Shown here one piece after another: positions 11,701 to 26,900 of a stretch of DNA of 64,000 nt. The notes under the pieces are model-generated. The model was not told where the DNA came from and made no database searches. It saw only the letters and a list, made by a program, of their open reading frames with translations. How positions within the stretch are numbered: the stretch's first letter is position 1; each line of letters begins with the position of its first letter. Origin of the DNA: the human T2T-CHM13v2.0 reference genome, Homo sapiens. The position numbers were made by a program, and so were the translations under genes. The stretch lies in NCBI RefSeq assembly GCF_009914755.1, contig NC_060925.1, one strand, 5' to 3'.

Positions 11701-14700
11701 CATCGAATGGACTCGAATGGAATAATCATTGAATGGAATCGAATGGAATCATCGAGTGGAATCGAATGGAATTATGATCAAATGGAATCGAATGTAATCA
11801 TCATCAAATGGAATCAAAAATAACCATCATCAATTGGTATTGAATGGAATTGTCATCAAATGGAATTCAAAGGAATCATCATCAAATGGAACCGAATGGA
11901 ATCCTCATTGAATGGAAATGAAAGGGGTCATCATCTAATGGAATCACATGGAATCATCATCAAATGGAATCGAATGGAATCATCATCAAATGGAATCTAA
12001 TGGAATCATTGAACAGAATTGAATGGAATCGTCATCGAATGAATTGAATACAATCATCGAATGGTCTCGAATGCAATCATCTTCTAATGGAAAGGAATGG
12101 AATCATCGCATAGAATCGAATGGAATTAACATTGAATGGACTCGAATGGAATCAACATCAAACGGAATCAAGCGGAATTATCGAATGTAATCGAAGAGAA
12201 CCATCGAATGGACTCGAATGGAATCATCTAATGGAATGGAATGGAATAATCCACGTACTCGAATGCAATCATCATCGTATAGAATCGAATGGAATCATTG
12301 AATGGACTCGAATGGAATAATCATTGAACGGAATCGAATGGAATCATCATCGGATGGAAACGAATGGAATTATCATCGAATGGAAATGAAAGGAGTCATC
12401 ATCTAATGGAATTGCATGGAATCATCATAAAATGGAATCGAATGGAATCAACATCAAATGGAATGAAATGGAATCATTGAACGGAATTGAATGGAATCTT
12501 CATCGAATGAATTGAATGCAATCATCGAATGGTCTCGAATGGAATCATCTTCAAATGGAATGGAATGGAATCATCGCATAGAATCGAATGGAATTATCAT
12601 CAAATGGTATCAACATCAAACGGAAAAAAACGGAATTATCGAATGGAATCGAAGAGAATCATCGAACGGACCCGAATGGAATCATCTAATGGAATGGAAT
12701 GGAATAATCCATGGACTCGAATGCAATCATCATCGAATGGAATCGAGTGGAATCATCGAATGGACTCGAATGGAATAATTATTGAACGGAATCGAATGGA
12801 ATCATCATCGGATGGAAATGAATGGAATCATCATCGAATGGAATCGAATAGAATTATGGAATGAAATCCAGTGTGATCATCATCGAATGGACCCGAATGG
12901 AATCATCATCCAACGGAAGCTAATGGAATCAACATCGAATGAATCGAATGGAAACACCATCGAATTGAAACGAATGGAATTATCATGAAATTGAAATGGA
13001 TGGACTCATCATCGAATGGATTCGAATGGAATCATCGAATAAAATTGATTGAAATCATCATCAAATGGAATCGAATGGTATCATTGAATGGAATCGAATG
13101 GAATCATCATCAGATGGAAATGAATGGAATCGTCATAGAATGGAATCGAATGGATTCATTGAATGGAATCAGATGGAATCATCGAATGGACTGGAATGGA
13201 ATCATTGAATGGACTCGAAAGAGATCATTATTGAATGGAATTCAATGGAATCATCGAATGGTCTCGATTGGAATCATTACCAAATGGAATCGAATGGAAT
13301 CACCGAAAAGAATCGAATGGAACAATCATCGAATGGAGTCAAATGGAATTAACCTAAAATGGAATCGAATGGAATTATCGAATGCACTCGAATGGAATTA
13401 TCAAATGCATTCGAATAGAATCATCGAATGGACTCGAATGGAATCATCGAATGGAATGGAATGGAACAGTCAATGAACTCGAATGGTATGATCATTGAAT
13501 GGAATCGAATGGAATTATGATCAAATGGAATCGAATGTAATCATCAACAAATGGAATCAAAAATAACCATCATCAATTGGTATTGAATGGAATTGTCATC
13601 AAATGGAATTCAAAGGAATCATCATCAAATGGAACCGAATGCAATCCTCATTGAATGGAAATGAAAGGGGTCATCATCTAATGGAATCGCATGGAATCAT
13701 CATCCAATGGAATCGAATGGAATCATCATCAAATGGAATCTAATGGAATCATTGAACAGAATTGAATGGAATCGTCATCGAATGAATTGAATGCAATCAT
13801 CGTATGGTCTCGAATGGAATCATCTTCTAATGGAAAGGAATGGAATCATCGCATAGAATCGAATGGAATTAACATTGAATGGACTCGAATGGAATCAACA
13901 TCAAACGGAATCAAGCGGAATTATCGAATGTAATCGAAGAGAATCATCGAATGTACTCGAATGGAATCTTCTAATGGAATGGATTGGAATAATCCACGGA
14001 CTCGAATGCAATCATCAACGTATAGAATTGAATGGAATCATTGAATGGACTCGAATGGAATAATCATTGAACTGAATCGAATGGAATCATCATCGAATGG
14101 AAACGAATGGAATCATCATCGAATGGAAATGAAAGGAGTCATCATCTAATGCAATTGCATGGAATCATCATAAAATGGAATTGAATGGAATCAACATCAA
14201 ATGGAATCAAATGGAATCATTGAACGGAATTGAATGGTATCGTCATCGAATGAATTGAATGCAATCATCGAATGGTCTCGAATGGAATCATCTTCAAATG
14301 GAATGGAATGGAATCATCGCATAGAATCGAATGGAATTATCATCGAATGGAATCGAATGGAAACAACATCAAACGGAAAAAAACGGATTATCGAATGGAA
14401 TCGAAGAGAATCATCGAATGGACCCGAATGGAATCATCTAATGGAATGGAATGGAATAATCCATGGACTCGAATGCAATCATCATCGAATGGAATCGAAT
14501 GGAATCATCCAATGGACTCGAATGGAATAATCATTGAACGGAATCGAATGGAATCATCATCGGATGGAAATGAATGGAATCATCATCGAATGGAATCGAA
14601 TAGAATTATGGAATGAAATCCAGTGTGATCATCATCGAATGGACCCGAATGGAATCATCATCCAACGGAAGCTAATGGAATCAACATCGAATGAATCGAA

Positions 14701-14990
14701 TGGAAACACCATCGAATTGAAACGAATGGAATTACCATGAAATTGAAATGGATGGACTCATCATCGAATGGATTCGAATGGAATCATCGAATAAAATTGA
14801 TTGAAATCATCATCGAATGGAATCGAATGGTATCATTGAATGGAATCGAATGGAATCATCATCAGATGGAAATGAATGGAATCGTCATAGAATGGAATCG
14901 AATGGATTCATTGAATGGAATCAGATGGAATCATCGAATGGACTGGAAAGGAATCACTGAATGGACTCGAAAGAGATCATGATTGAATGG
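5726..14990 (+). repeat. Duplicated ~2.4-kb block (about 5726-8200 and 12491-14965, offset 6765 bp)
   Basis: Offsets 5726/12491, 6220/12985, 7469/14234 and 7972/14737. Shared features: ACCGAAAAGAATC, AACCTAAAATGG, a 23-bp deletion, ATCGTATGGTC, GAACTGAATC, AAACGGATTATC. Confidence 0.85.
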
Positions 14991-17100
14991 AATTGAATGG
15001 AATCATCGAATGGTCTCGATTGGAATCATTATCAAATGGAATCGAATGGAATCACCGAATAGAATCGAATGGAACAATCATCGAATGGACTCAAATTGAA
15101 TTATCCTCAAATGGAATGGAATGGAATTATCGAATGCAATCGAATGGAATTATCGAATGCAATCGAATAGAATCATCGAATGGACTCGAATGGAATCATC
15201 GAATGGAATGGAATGGAACAGTCAATGAAGTCGAATGGAATCATCATTGAATGGAATCGAATGCAATCATCGAGTGGAATCGAATGGAATTATGATCAAA
15301 TGGAATCGAATGTAATCATCATCAAATGGAATCAAAAATAACCATCATCAATTGGTATTGAATGGAATTGTCATAAAATGGAATTCAAAGGAAACATCAT
15401 CAAATGGAACCGAATGGAATCCTCATTGAATGGAAATGAAAGGGGTCATAATCTAATGGAATCGCATGGAATCATCATCAAATGGAATCGAATGGAATCA
15501 TCATTAAATGGAATCTAATGGAATCATTGAACAGAATTGAATGGAATCGTCATCGAATGAATTGAATGCAATCATCGAATGGTCTCGAACGGAATCATCT
15601 TCCAATGGAATGGAATGGAATCATCGCATAGAATCGAATGGAATTATCATCGAATGGAATCGAATGGTATCAACACCAAACGGAAAAAAACGGAATTATC
15701 GAATGGAATCGAAGAGAATCTTCGAACGGAACCGAATGGAATCATCTAATGGAATGGAATGGAATAATCCATGGACTCGAATGCAATCATCATCGAATGG
15801 AATCGAATGGAATCATCGAATGGACTCGAATGGAATAATCATTGAACGGAATCGAATGGAAACATCATCGGATGGAAACGAATGGAATAATCATCGAATG
15901 GAAATGAAAGGAGTCATCATCTAATGGAATTGCATGGAATCATCATAAAATGGAATCGAATGGAATCAACATCAAATGGAATCAAATGGAATCATTGAAC
16001 GGAATTGAATGGAATCGTCATCGAATGAATTGAATGCAATCATCGAATGGTCTCGAATGGAATCATCTTCAAATGGAATGGAATGGAATCATCGCATAGA
16101 ATCGAATGGAATTATCATCGAATGGAATCGAATGAAATCAACATCAAACGGAAAAAAACGGAATTATCGAATGGAATCGAAGAGAATCATCGAATGGACC
16201 CGAATGTAATCATCTAATGGAATGGAATGGAATAATCCATGGACTCGAATGCAATCATCATCGAATGGAATCGAATGGAATCATCGAATGGACTCGAATG
16301 GAATAATCATTGAACGGAATCGAATGGAATCATCATCGGATGGAAATGAAAGGAGTCATCATCTAAGGGAATTGCATGGAATCATCATAAAATGGAATCG
16401 AATGTAATCATCATCAAATGGAATCAAAAATAACCATCATCAATTAGTTTTGAATGGAATTGTCATCAAATGGAATTCAAAGGAATCATCATCAAATGGA
16501 ACCGAATGGAATCCTCATTGAATGGAAATGAAAGGGGTCATCATCTAATGGAATCGCATGGAATCATCATCAAATGGAATCGAATGGAATCATCATCAAA
16601 TGGAATCTAATGGAATCATTGAACAGAATTGAATGGAATCGTCATCGAATGAATTGAATGCAATCATCGAATGGTCTCGAATGGAATCATCTTCTAATTT
16701 AATGGAATGGAATCATCGCATAGAATCGAATGGAATTATCATCGAATGGAATCGAATGGTATCAACACCAAACGGAAAAAAACGGAATTATCGAATGGAA
16801 TCGAAGAGAATCTTCGAACGGACCCGAATGGAATCATCTAATGGAATGGAATGGAATAATCCATGGACTGGAAGGCAATCATCATCGAATGGAATCGAAT
16901 GGAATCATCGAATGGACTCGAATGGAATAATCATTGAATGGAATCGAATGGAATCATCATCGGATGGAAACGAATGGAATCATCATCGAATGGAAATGAA
17001 AGGAGTCATCATCTAATGGAATTGCATGGAATCATCAGAAAATGGAATCGAATGGAATCAACATCAAATGGAATCAAATGGAATCATTGAACGGAATTGA

Positions 17101-17568
17101 ATGGAATCGTCATCGAATGAATTGAATGCAATCATCGAATGGTCTCGAATGGAATCATCTTCAAATGGAATGGAATGGAATCATCGCATAGAATCGAATG
17201 GAATTATCATCGAATGGAATCGAATGGAATCAACATCAAACGGAAAAAAACGGAATTATCGAATGGAATCGAAGAGAATCATCGAACGGACCCGAATGGA
17301 ATCATCTAATGGAATGGAATGGAATAATCCATGGACTCGAATGCAATCATCATCGAATGGAATCGAATGGAATCATCGAATGGACTCGAATGGAATAATC
17401 ATTGAACGGAATCGAATGGAATCATCATCGGATGGAAACGAATGGAATCATCATCGAATGGAAATGAAAGGAGTCATCATCTAATGGAATTGCATGGAAT
17501 CATCATCAAATGGAATCGAATGGAATCAACATCAAATGGAATCAAATGGAATCATTGAACGGAATTGA
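17101..17568 (+). repeat. Representative 468-bp module (type A2: TTCAAATGG, CGGAAAAAAACGG, GGACCCG, CCATGG)
   Basis: ATGGAATCGTCATCGAATGAATTGAATGC recurs at 16633, 17101, 17569 and 18037 at exact 468-bp spacing, and also at 7, 475 and 943. Confidence 0.93.
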
Positions 17569-18465
17569 ATGGAATCGTCATCGAATGAATTGAATGCAAT
17601 CATCGAATGGTCTCGAATGGAATCATCTTCAAATGGAATGGAATGGAATCATCGCATAGAAACGAATGGAATTATCATCGAATGGAATCGAATGGTATCA
17701 ACATCAAACGGAAAAAAACGGAATTATCGAATGGAATCGAAGAGAATCCTCGAACGGACCCTAATGGAATCATCTAATGGAATGGAATGGAATAATCCAT
17801 GGAGTCGAATGCAATCATCATCGAATGGAATCGAATGGAATCATCGAATGGACTCGAATGGAATAATCATTGAACGGAATCGAATGGAATCATCTTCGGA
17901 TGGAAACGAATGGAATCATCATGGAATGTAAATGAGAGGAATCATCATCTAATGGAATTGCATGGAATCATCATAAAATGGAATCGAATGGAATCAACAT
18001 CAAATGGAATCAAATGTAATCATTGAACGGAATTGAATGGAATCGTCACCGAATGAATTGAATGCAATCATCGAATGGTCTCGAATGGAATCATCTTCAA
18101 ATGGAATGGAATGGAATCATCACATAGAATCGAATGGAATTATCATCGAATGGAATCGAATGGAATCAACATCAAACGGAAAAAAACGGAATTATCGAAT
18201 GGAATCGAAGAGAATCATCGAATGGACCCGAATGGAATCATCTAATGGAATGGAATGGAATAATCCGTGGACTCGAATGCAATCATCATCGGATGGAAAT
18301 GAATGGAATCATCATCGAATGGAATCGAATAGAATTATGGAATGAAATCCAGTGTGATCATCATCGAATGGACCCGAATGGAATCATCATCCATCGGAAG
18401 CAAATGGAATCAACATCGAATGAATCGAATGGAAACACCATCGAATTGAAACGAATGGAATTATC

Positions 18466-20241
18466 ATGAAATTGAAATGGATGGACTCATCATCGAATGG
18501 ATTCGAATGGAATCATCGAATAAAATTGATTGAAATCATCATCAAATGGAATCGAATGGTATCATTGAATGGAATCGAATGGAATCATCATCAGATGGAA
18601 ATGAATGGAATCGTCATAGAATGGAATCGAATGGATTCATTGAATGGAATCAGATGGAATCATCGAATGGACTGGAATGGAATCATTGAATGGACTCGAA
18701 AGGGATAATTATTGAATGGAATTGAATGGAATCATCGAATGGTCTCGATTGGAATCATTATCAAATGGAATCGAATGGAATCACCGAATAGAATCGAATG
18801 GAACAATCATCGAATGGACTCAAATGGAATTATCCTCAAATGGAATCGAATGGAATTATCGAATGCAATCGAATGGAATTATCGAATGCAATCGAATAGA
18901 ATCATCGAATGGACTCGAATGGAATCATCGAATGGAATGGAATGGAACAGTCAATGAACTCGAATGGAATCATCATTGAATGGAAACGAATGGAATCATC
19001 GAGTGGAATCGAATGGAATTATGATCAAATGGAATCGAATGTAATCATCATCAAATGGAATCAAAAATAACCATCATCAATTGGTATTGAATGGAATTGT
19101 CATCAAATGGAATTCAAAGGAATCATCATCAAATGGAACCGAATGGAATCCTCATTGAATGGAAATGAAAGGGGTCATCATCTAATGGAATCGCATGGAA
19201 TCATCATCAAATGGAATCGAATGGAATCATCATCAAATGGAATCTAATGGAATCATTGAACAGAATTGAATGGAATCGTCATCGAATGAATTGAATGCAA
19301 TCATCGAATGGTCTCGAATGGAATCATCTTCTAATGGAAAGGAATGGAATCATCGCATAGAATCGAATGGAATTATCATCGAATGGAATCGAATGGTATC
19401 AACATCAAACGGAAAAAAACGGAATTATCGAATGGAATCGAAGAGAATCTTCGAACGGACCCGAATGGAATCATCTAATGGAATGGAATGGAATAATCCA
19501 TGGACTCGAATGCAATCATCATCGAATGGAATCGAATGGAATCATCGAATGGACTCGAATGGAATAATCATTGAACGGAATCAAATGGAATCATCATCGG
19601 ATGGAAACGAATGGAATAATCATCGAATGGAAATGAAAGGAGTCATCATCTAATGGAATTGCATGGAATCATCATAAAATGGAATCGAATGGAATCAACA
19701 TCAAATGGAATCAAATGGAATCATTGAAGGGAATTGAATGGAATCGTCATGGAATGAATTGACTGCAATCATCGAATGGTCTCGAATGGAATCATCTTCA
19801 AATGGAATGGAATGGAATCATCGCATAGAATCGAATGGAATTATCATCGAATGGAATCGAATGGAATCAACATCAAACGGAAAAAAACGGAATTATCGAA
19901 TGGAATCGAAGAGAATCATCGAATGGACCCGAATGGAATCATCTAATGGAATGGAATGGAATAATCCATGGACTCGAATGCAATCATCATCGAATGGAAT
20001 CGAATGGAATCATCGAATGGACTCGAATGGAATAATCATTGAACGGAATCGAATGGAATCATCATCGGATGGAAATGAATGGAATCATCATCGAATGGAA
20101 TCGAATAGAATTATGGAATGAAATCCAGTGTCATCATCATCGAATGGACCCGAATGGAATCATCATCCAACGGAAGCTAATGGAATCAACATCGAATGAA
20201 TCGAATGGAAACACCAAAGAATTGAAACGAATGGAATTATC
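18466..20241 (+). repeat. Representative basic 1776-bp higher-order unit (840-bp core + 2 x 468-bp modules)
   Basis: The landmark ATGAAATTGAAATGGATGG recurs at 18466 and 20242 (1776 bp). Near-identical spacings are 29660-31433 (1773), 33667-35440 (1773), 35440-37213 (1773), 39446-41222 (1776), 41222-42995 (1773) and 59233-61005 (1772). Confidence 0.93.
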
Positions 20242-23200
20242 ATGAAATTGAAATGGATGGACTCATCATCGAATGGATTCGAATCGAATCATCGAATAAA
20301 ATTGATTGAAATCATCATCCAATGGAATCGAATGGTATCATTGAATGGAATCGAATGGAATCATCATCAGATGGAAATGAATGGAATCGTCATAGAATGG
20401 AATCGAATGGATTCATTGAATGGAATCAGATGGAATCATCGAATGGACTGGAATGGAATCATTGAATGGACTCGAAAGGGATCATGATTGAATGGAATTG
20501 AATGGAATCATCGAATGGTCTCGATTGGAATCATTATCAAATGGAATCGAATGGAATCACCGAATAGAATCGAATGGAACAATCATCGAATGGACTCAAA
20601 TGGAATTATCCTCCAATGGAATCGAATGGAATTATCGAATGCAATCGAATGGAATTATCGAATGCAATCGAATAGAATCATCGAATGGACTCGAATGGAA
20701 TCATCGAATGGAATGGAATGGAACAGTCAATGAACTCGAATGGAATCATCATTGAATGGAATCGAATGGAATCATCGAGTGGAATCGAATGGAATTATGA
20801 TCAAATGGAATCGAATGTAATCATCATCAAATGGAATCAAAAATAACCATCATCAATTGGTATTGAATGGAATTGTCATCAAATGGAATTCAAAGGAATC
20901 ATCATCAAATGGAACCGAATGGAATCCTCATTGAATGGAAATGAAAGGGGTCATCATCTAATGGAATCGCATGGAATCATCATCAAATGGAATCGAATGG
21001 AATCATCATCAAATGGAATCTAATGGAATCATTGAAAAGAATTGAATGGAATCGTCATCGAATGAATTGAATGTAATCATCGAATGGTCTCGAATGGAAT
21101 CATCTTCTAATGGAAAGGAATGGAATCATCGCATAGAATCGAATGGAATTAACATGGAATGGACTCGAATGGAATCCACATCAAATGGAATCAAGCGGAA
21201 TTATCGAATGGAATCGAAGAGAATCATCGAATGGACTCGAATGGAATCATCTAAAGGAATGGAATGGAATAATCCACGGACTCGAATGCAATCATCATCG
21301 TATAGAATCGAATGGAATCATTGAATGGACTCGAATGGAATAATCATTGAACGGAATCAAATGGAATCATCATCGGATGGAAACGAATGGAATCATCATC
21401 GAATGGAAAAGAAAAGAGTCATCATCTAATGGAATTGCATGGAATCATCATAAAATGGAATCGAATGGAATCAACATCAAATGGAATCAAATGGAATCAT
21501 TGAACGGAATTAAATGGAATCGTCATCGAATGAATTGAATGCAATCATCGAATGGTCTCGAATGGAATCATCTTCTAATGGAAAGTAATGGAATCATCGC
21601 ATAGAATCGAATGGAATTAAAATTGAATGGACTCGAATGGAATCAACATCAAACGGAATCAAGCGGAATTATCGAATGGAATCGAAGAGAATCATCGAAT
21701 GGACTCGAATGGAATCATCTAATGGAATGGAATGGAATAATCCACGGACTCGAATGCAACCACCATCGTATAGAATCGAATGGAAACATCAAATGGAATC
21801 ATCGAATGGACTCGAATGGAATAATCATTGAACGGAATCGAATGGAATCATCATCGGATGGAAACGAATGGAATCATCATCGAATGGAAATGAAAGGAGT
21901 CATCTAATGGAATTGCATGGAATCATCATCAAATGGAATCGAATGGAATCAACATCAAATGGAATCAAATGGAATCATTGAACGGAATTGAATGGAATCG
22001 TCATCTAATGAATTGAATGCAATCATCGAATGGTCTCGAATGGAATCATCTTCAAATGGAATGGAATGGAATCATCGCATAGAATCGAATGGAATTATCA
22101 TCGAATGGAATCGAATGGAATCAACATCAAACGGAAAAAAACGGAATTATCGAATGGAATCGAAGAGAATCATCGAATGGACCCGAATGGAATCATCTAA
22201 TGCAATGGAATGGAATAATCTATGGACTCGAATGCAATCATCATCGAATGGAATCGAATGGAATCATCGAATGGACTCGAATGGAATAATCATTGAACGG
22301 AATCGAATGGAATCATCATCGGATGGAAATGAATGGAATCATCATCGAATGGAATCGAATAGAATTATGGAATGAAATCCAGTGTGATCATCATCGAATG
22401 GACCCGAATGGAATCATCATCCAACGGAAGCTAATGGAATCAACATCGAATGAATCGAATGGAAACACCATCGAATTGAAACGAATGGAATTATCATGAA
22501 ATTGAAATGGATGGAGTCATCATCGAATGGATTCGAATGGAATCATCGAATAAAATTGATTGAAATCATCATCAAATTGAATCGAATGGTATCATTGAAT
22601 GGAATCAAATGGAATCATCATCAGATGGAAAAGAATGGAATCGTCATAGAATGGAATCGAATGGATTCATTGAATGGAATCAGATGGAATCATCGAATGG
22701 ACTGGAATGGAATCATTGAATGGACTCGAAAGGGATCATGATTGAATGGAATTGAATGGAATCATCGAATGGTCTCGATTGGAATCATTATCAAATGGAA
22801 TCGAATGGAATCACCGAATAGAATCGAATGGAACAATCATCGAATGGACTCAAATGGAATTATCCTCAAATGGAATCGAATGGAATTATCGAATGCAATC
22901 GAATGGAATTATCGAATGCAATCGAATAGAATCATCGAATGGACTCGAATGGAATCATCGAATGGAATGGAATGGAACAGTCAATGAACTCGAATGGAAT
23001 CATCGAGTGGAATCGAATGAAATTATGATCAAATGGAATCGAATGTAATCATCATCAAATGGAATCAAAAATAACCATCATCAATTGATATTCAATGGAA
23101 TTGTCATCAAATGGAATTCAAAGGTATCATCATCAAATGGAACCGAATGGAATCCTCATTGAATGGAAATGAAAGGGGTCATCATCTAATGGAATCGCAT

Positions 23201-23914
23201 GGAATCATCATCAAATGGAATCGAATGGAATCATCATCAAATGGAATCTAATGGAATCATTGAACAGAATTGAATGGAATCGTCATCGAATGAATTGAAT
23301 GCAATCATCGAATGGTCTCGAATGGAATCATCTTCTAATGGAAAGGAATGGAATCATCGCATAGAATCGAATGGAATTAACATTGAATGGACTCGAATGG
23401 AATCAACATCAAACGGAATCAAGCGGAATTATCGAATGGAATCGAAGAGAATAATCGAATGGACTCGAATGGAATCATCTAATGGAATGGAATGGAATAA
23501 TCCACGGACTCGAATGCAATCATCATCGTATAGAATCGAATGGAATCATCGAATGGACTCGAATGGAATAATCATTGAACGGAATCGAATGGAATCATCA
23601 TCGGATGGAAACGAATGGAATCATCATCGAATGGAAATGAAAGGAGTCATCATCTAATGGAATTGCATGGAATCATCATAAAATGGAATCGAATGGAATC
23701 AACATCAAATGGAATCAAATGGAATCATTGAACGGAATTGAATGGAATCGTCATCGAATGAATTGAATGCAATCATCGAATGGTCTCGAATGGAATCATC
23801 TTCAAATGGAATGGAATGGAATCATCGCATAGAATCGAATGGAATTATCATCGAATGGAATCGAATGGAATCAACATCAAACGGAAAAAAACGGAATTAT
23901 CGAATGGAATCGAA

Positions 23915-26900
23915 GAGAATCATCGAACGGACCCGAATGGAATCATCTAATGGAATGGAATGGAATAATGCATGGACTCGAATGCAATCATCATCGAATG
24001 GAATCGAATGGAATCATCGAATGGACTCGAATGGAATAATCATTGAACGGATTCGAATGGAGTCATCATCGGATGGAAACGAATGGAATCATCATCGAAT
24101 GGAAATGAAAGGATTCATCATCTAATGGAATTGCATGGAATCATCATAAAATGGAATCGAATGGAATCAACATCAAATGGAATCAAATGGAATCATTGAA
24201 CGGAATTGAATGGAATCGTCAACGAATGAATTGAATGCAATCATCGAATGGTCTCGAATGGAATCATCTTCAAATGGAATGGAATGGAATCATCGCATAG
24301 AATCGAATGGAATTATCATCGAATGGAATCGAATGGAATCAACATCAAACGGAAAAATCGGAATTATCGTATGGAATCGAAGAGAATCATCGAATGGACC
24401 CGAATGGAATCATCTAATGGAGTGGAATGGAAAAATCCATGGACTCGAATGCAATCATCATCGAATGGAATCGAATGGAATCATCGAATGGACTCGAATG
24501 GAATAATCATCGAACGGAATCGAATGGAGTCATCATCGGATGGAAATGAATGGAATCATCATCGAATGGAATCGAATAGAATTATGGAATGAAATCCAGT
24601 GTGATCATCATCGAATGGACCCGAATGGAATCATCATCCAACGGAAGCTAATGGAATCAACATCGAATGAATCGAATGGAAACACCATCGAATTGAAACG
24701 AATGGAATTATCATGAAATTGAAATGGATGGACTCATCATCGAATGGATTCGAATGGAATCATCGAATAAAATTGATTGAAATCATCAACAAATGGAATC
24801 GAATGGTATCATTGAAGGGAATCGAATGGAATCATCATCAGATGGAAATGAATGGAATCGTCATAGAATGGAATCGAATGGATTCATTGAATGGAATCAG
24901 ATGGAATCATCGAATGGACTGGAATGGAATCATTGAATGGACTCGAAAGGATTCATTATTGAATGCAATTGAATGGAATCATCGAATGGTCTCGATTGGA
25001 ATCATTATCAAATGGAATCGAATGGAATCACAGAATAGAATCGAATGGAACAATCATCGAATGGACTCAAATGGAATTATCCTCAAATGGAATCGAATGG
25101 AAATATCGAATGTAATCGAATGGAATTATCGAATGCAATCGAATAGAATCATCGAATGGACTCGAATGGAATCATCGAATGGAATGGAATGGAACAGTCA
25201 ATGAACTCGAATGGAATCATCATTGAATGGAATCGAATGGAATCATCGAGTGGAATCGAATGGAATTATGATCAAATGGAATCGAATGTAATCATCATCA
25301 AATGGAATCAAAAATAACCATCATCAATTGGTATTGAATGGAATTGTCATCAAATGGAATTCAAAGGAATCATCATCAAATGGAACCGAATGGAATCCTC
25401 ATTGAATGGAAATGAAAGGGGTCATCATCTAATGGAATCGCATGGAATCATCATCAAATGGAATCGAATGGAATCATCATCAAATGGAATCTAATGGAAT
25501 CATTGAACAGAATTGAATGGAATCGTCATCGAATGAATTGAATGCAATCATCGAATGGTCTCGAATGGAATCATCTTCTAATGGAAAGGAATGGAATCAC
25601 CGCATAGAATCGAATGGAATTAACATTGAATGGACTCGAATGGAATCCACATCAAACGGAATCAAGCGGAATTATCGAATGGAATCGAAGAGAATCATCG
25701 AATGGACTCGAATGGAATCATCTAATGGAATGGAATGGAATAATCCACGGACTCGAATGCAATCATCATCGTATAGAATCGAATGGAATCATTGAATGGA
25801 CTCGAATGGAATAATCATTGAACGGAATCAAATGGAATCATCATCGGATGGAAACGAATGGAATCATCATCGAATGGAAAAGAAAAGAGTCATCATCTAA
25901 TGGAATTGCATGGAATCATCATAAAATGGAATCGAATGGAATCAACATCAAATGGAATCAAATGGAATCATTGAACGGAATTAAATGGAATCGTCATCGA
26001 ATGAATTGAATGCAATCATCGAATGGTCTCGAATGGAATCATCTTCTAATGGAAAGTAATGGAATCATCGCATAGAATCGAATGGAATTAAAATTGAATG
26101 GACTCGAATGGAATCAACATCAAACGGAAAAAAACGGAAATATCGAATGGAATCGAAGAGAATCATCGAATGGACCCGAATGGAATCATCTAATGGAATG
26201 GAATGGAATAATCCATGGACTCGAATGCAATCATCATCGAATGGAATCGAATGGAATCATCGAATGGACTCGAATGGAATAATCATTGAACGGAATCGAA
26301 TGAAATCATCATGGGATGGAAACGAATGGAATCATCATCGAATGGAAATGAAAGGAGTCATGTAATGGAATTACATGGAATCATCATAAAATGGAATCGA
26401 ATGGAATCAACATCAAATGGAATCCAATGGAATCATTGAACGGAATTGAATGAATCGTCATCGTATCAATTGAATGCAATCATCGAATGATCTCGAATGG
26501 AATCATGTTCAAATGGAATGGAATGGAATCATCGCATAGAATCGAATGTAATTATCATCGAATGGAATCGAATGAAATCAACAACAAACGGAAAAAAACG
26601 GAATTATCGAATGGAATCAAAGAGAATCATCGAACGGACCCGAATGGAATCATCTAATGGAATGGAATGGAATAATGCATGGACTCGAATGCAATCATCA
26701 TCGAATGGAATCGAATGGAATCATCGAATGGACTCGAATGGAATAATCATTGAACGGAATCGAATGGAGTCATCATCGGATGGAAACGAATGGAATCATC
26801 ATCGAATGGAAATGAAAGGATTCATCATCTAATGGAATTGCATGGAATCATCATAAAATGGAATCGAATGGAATCAACATCAAATGGAATCAAATGGAAT

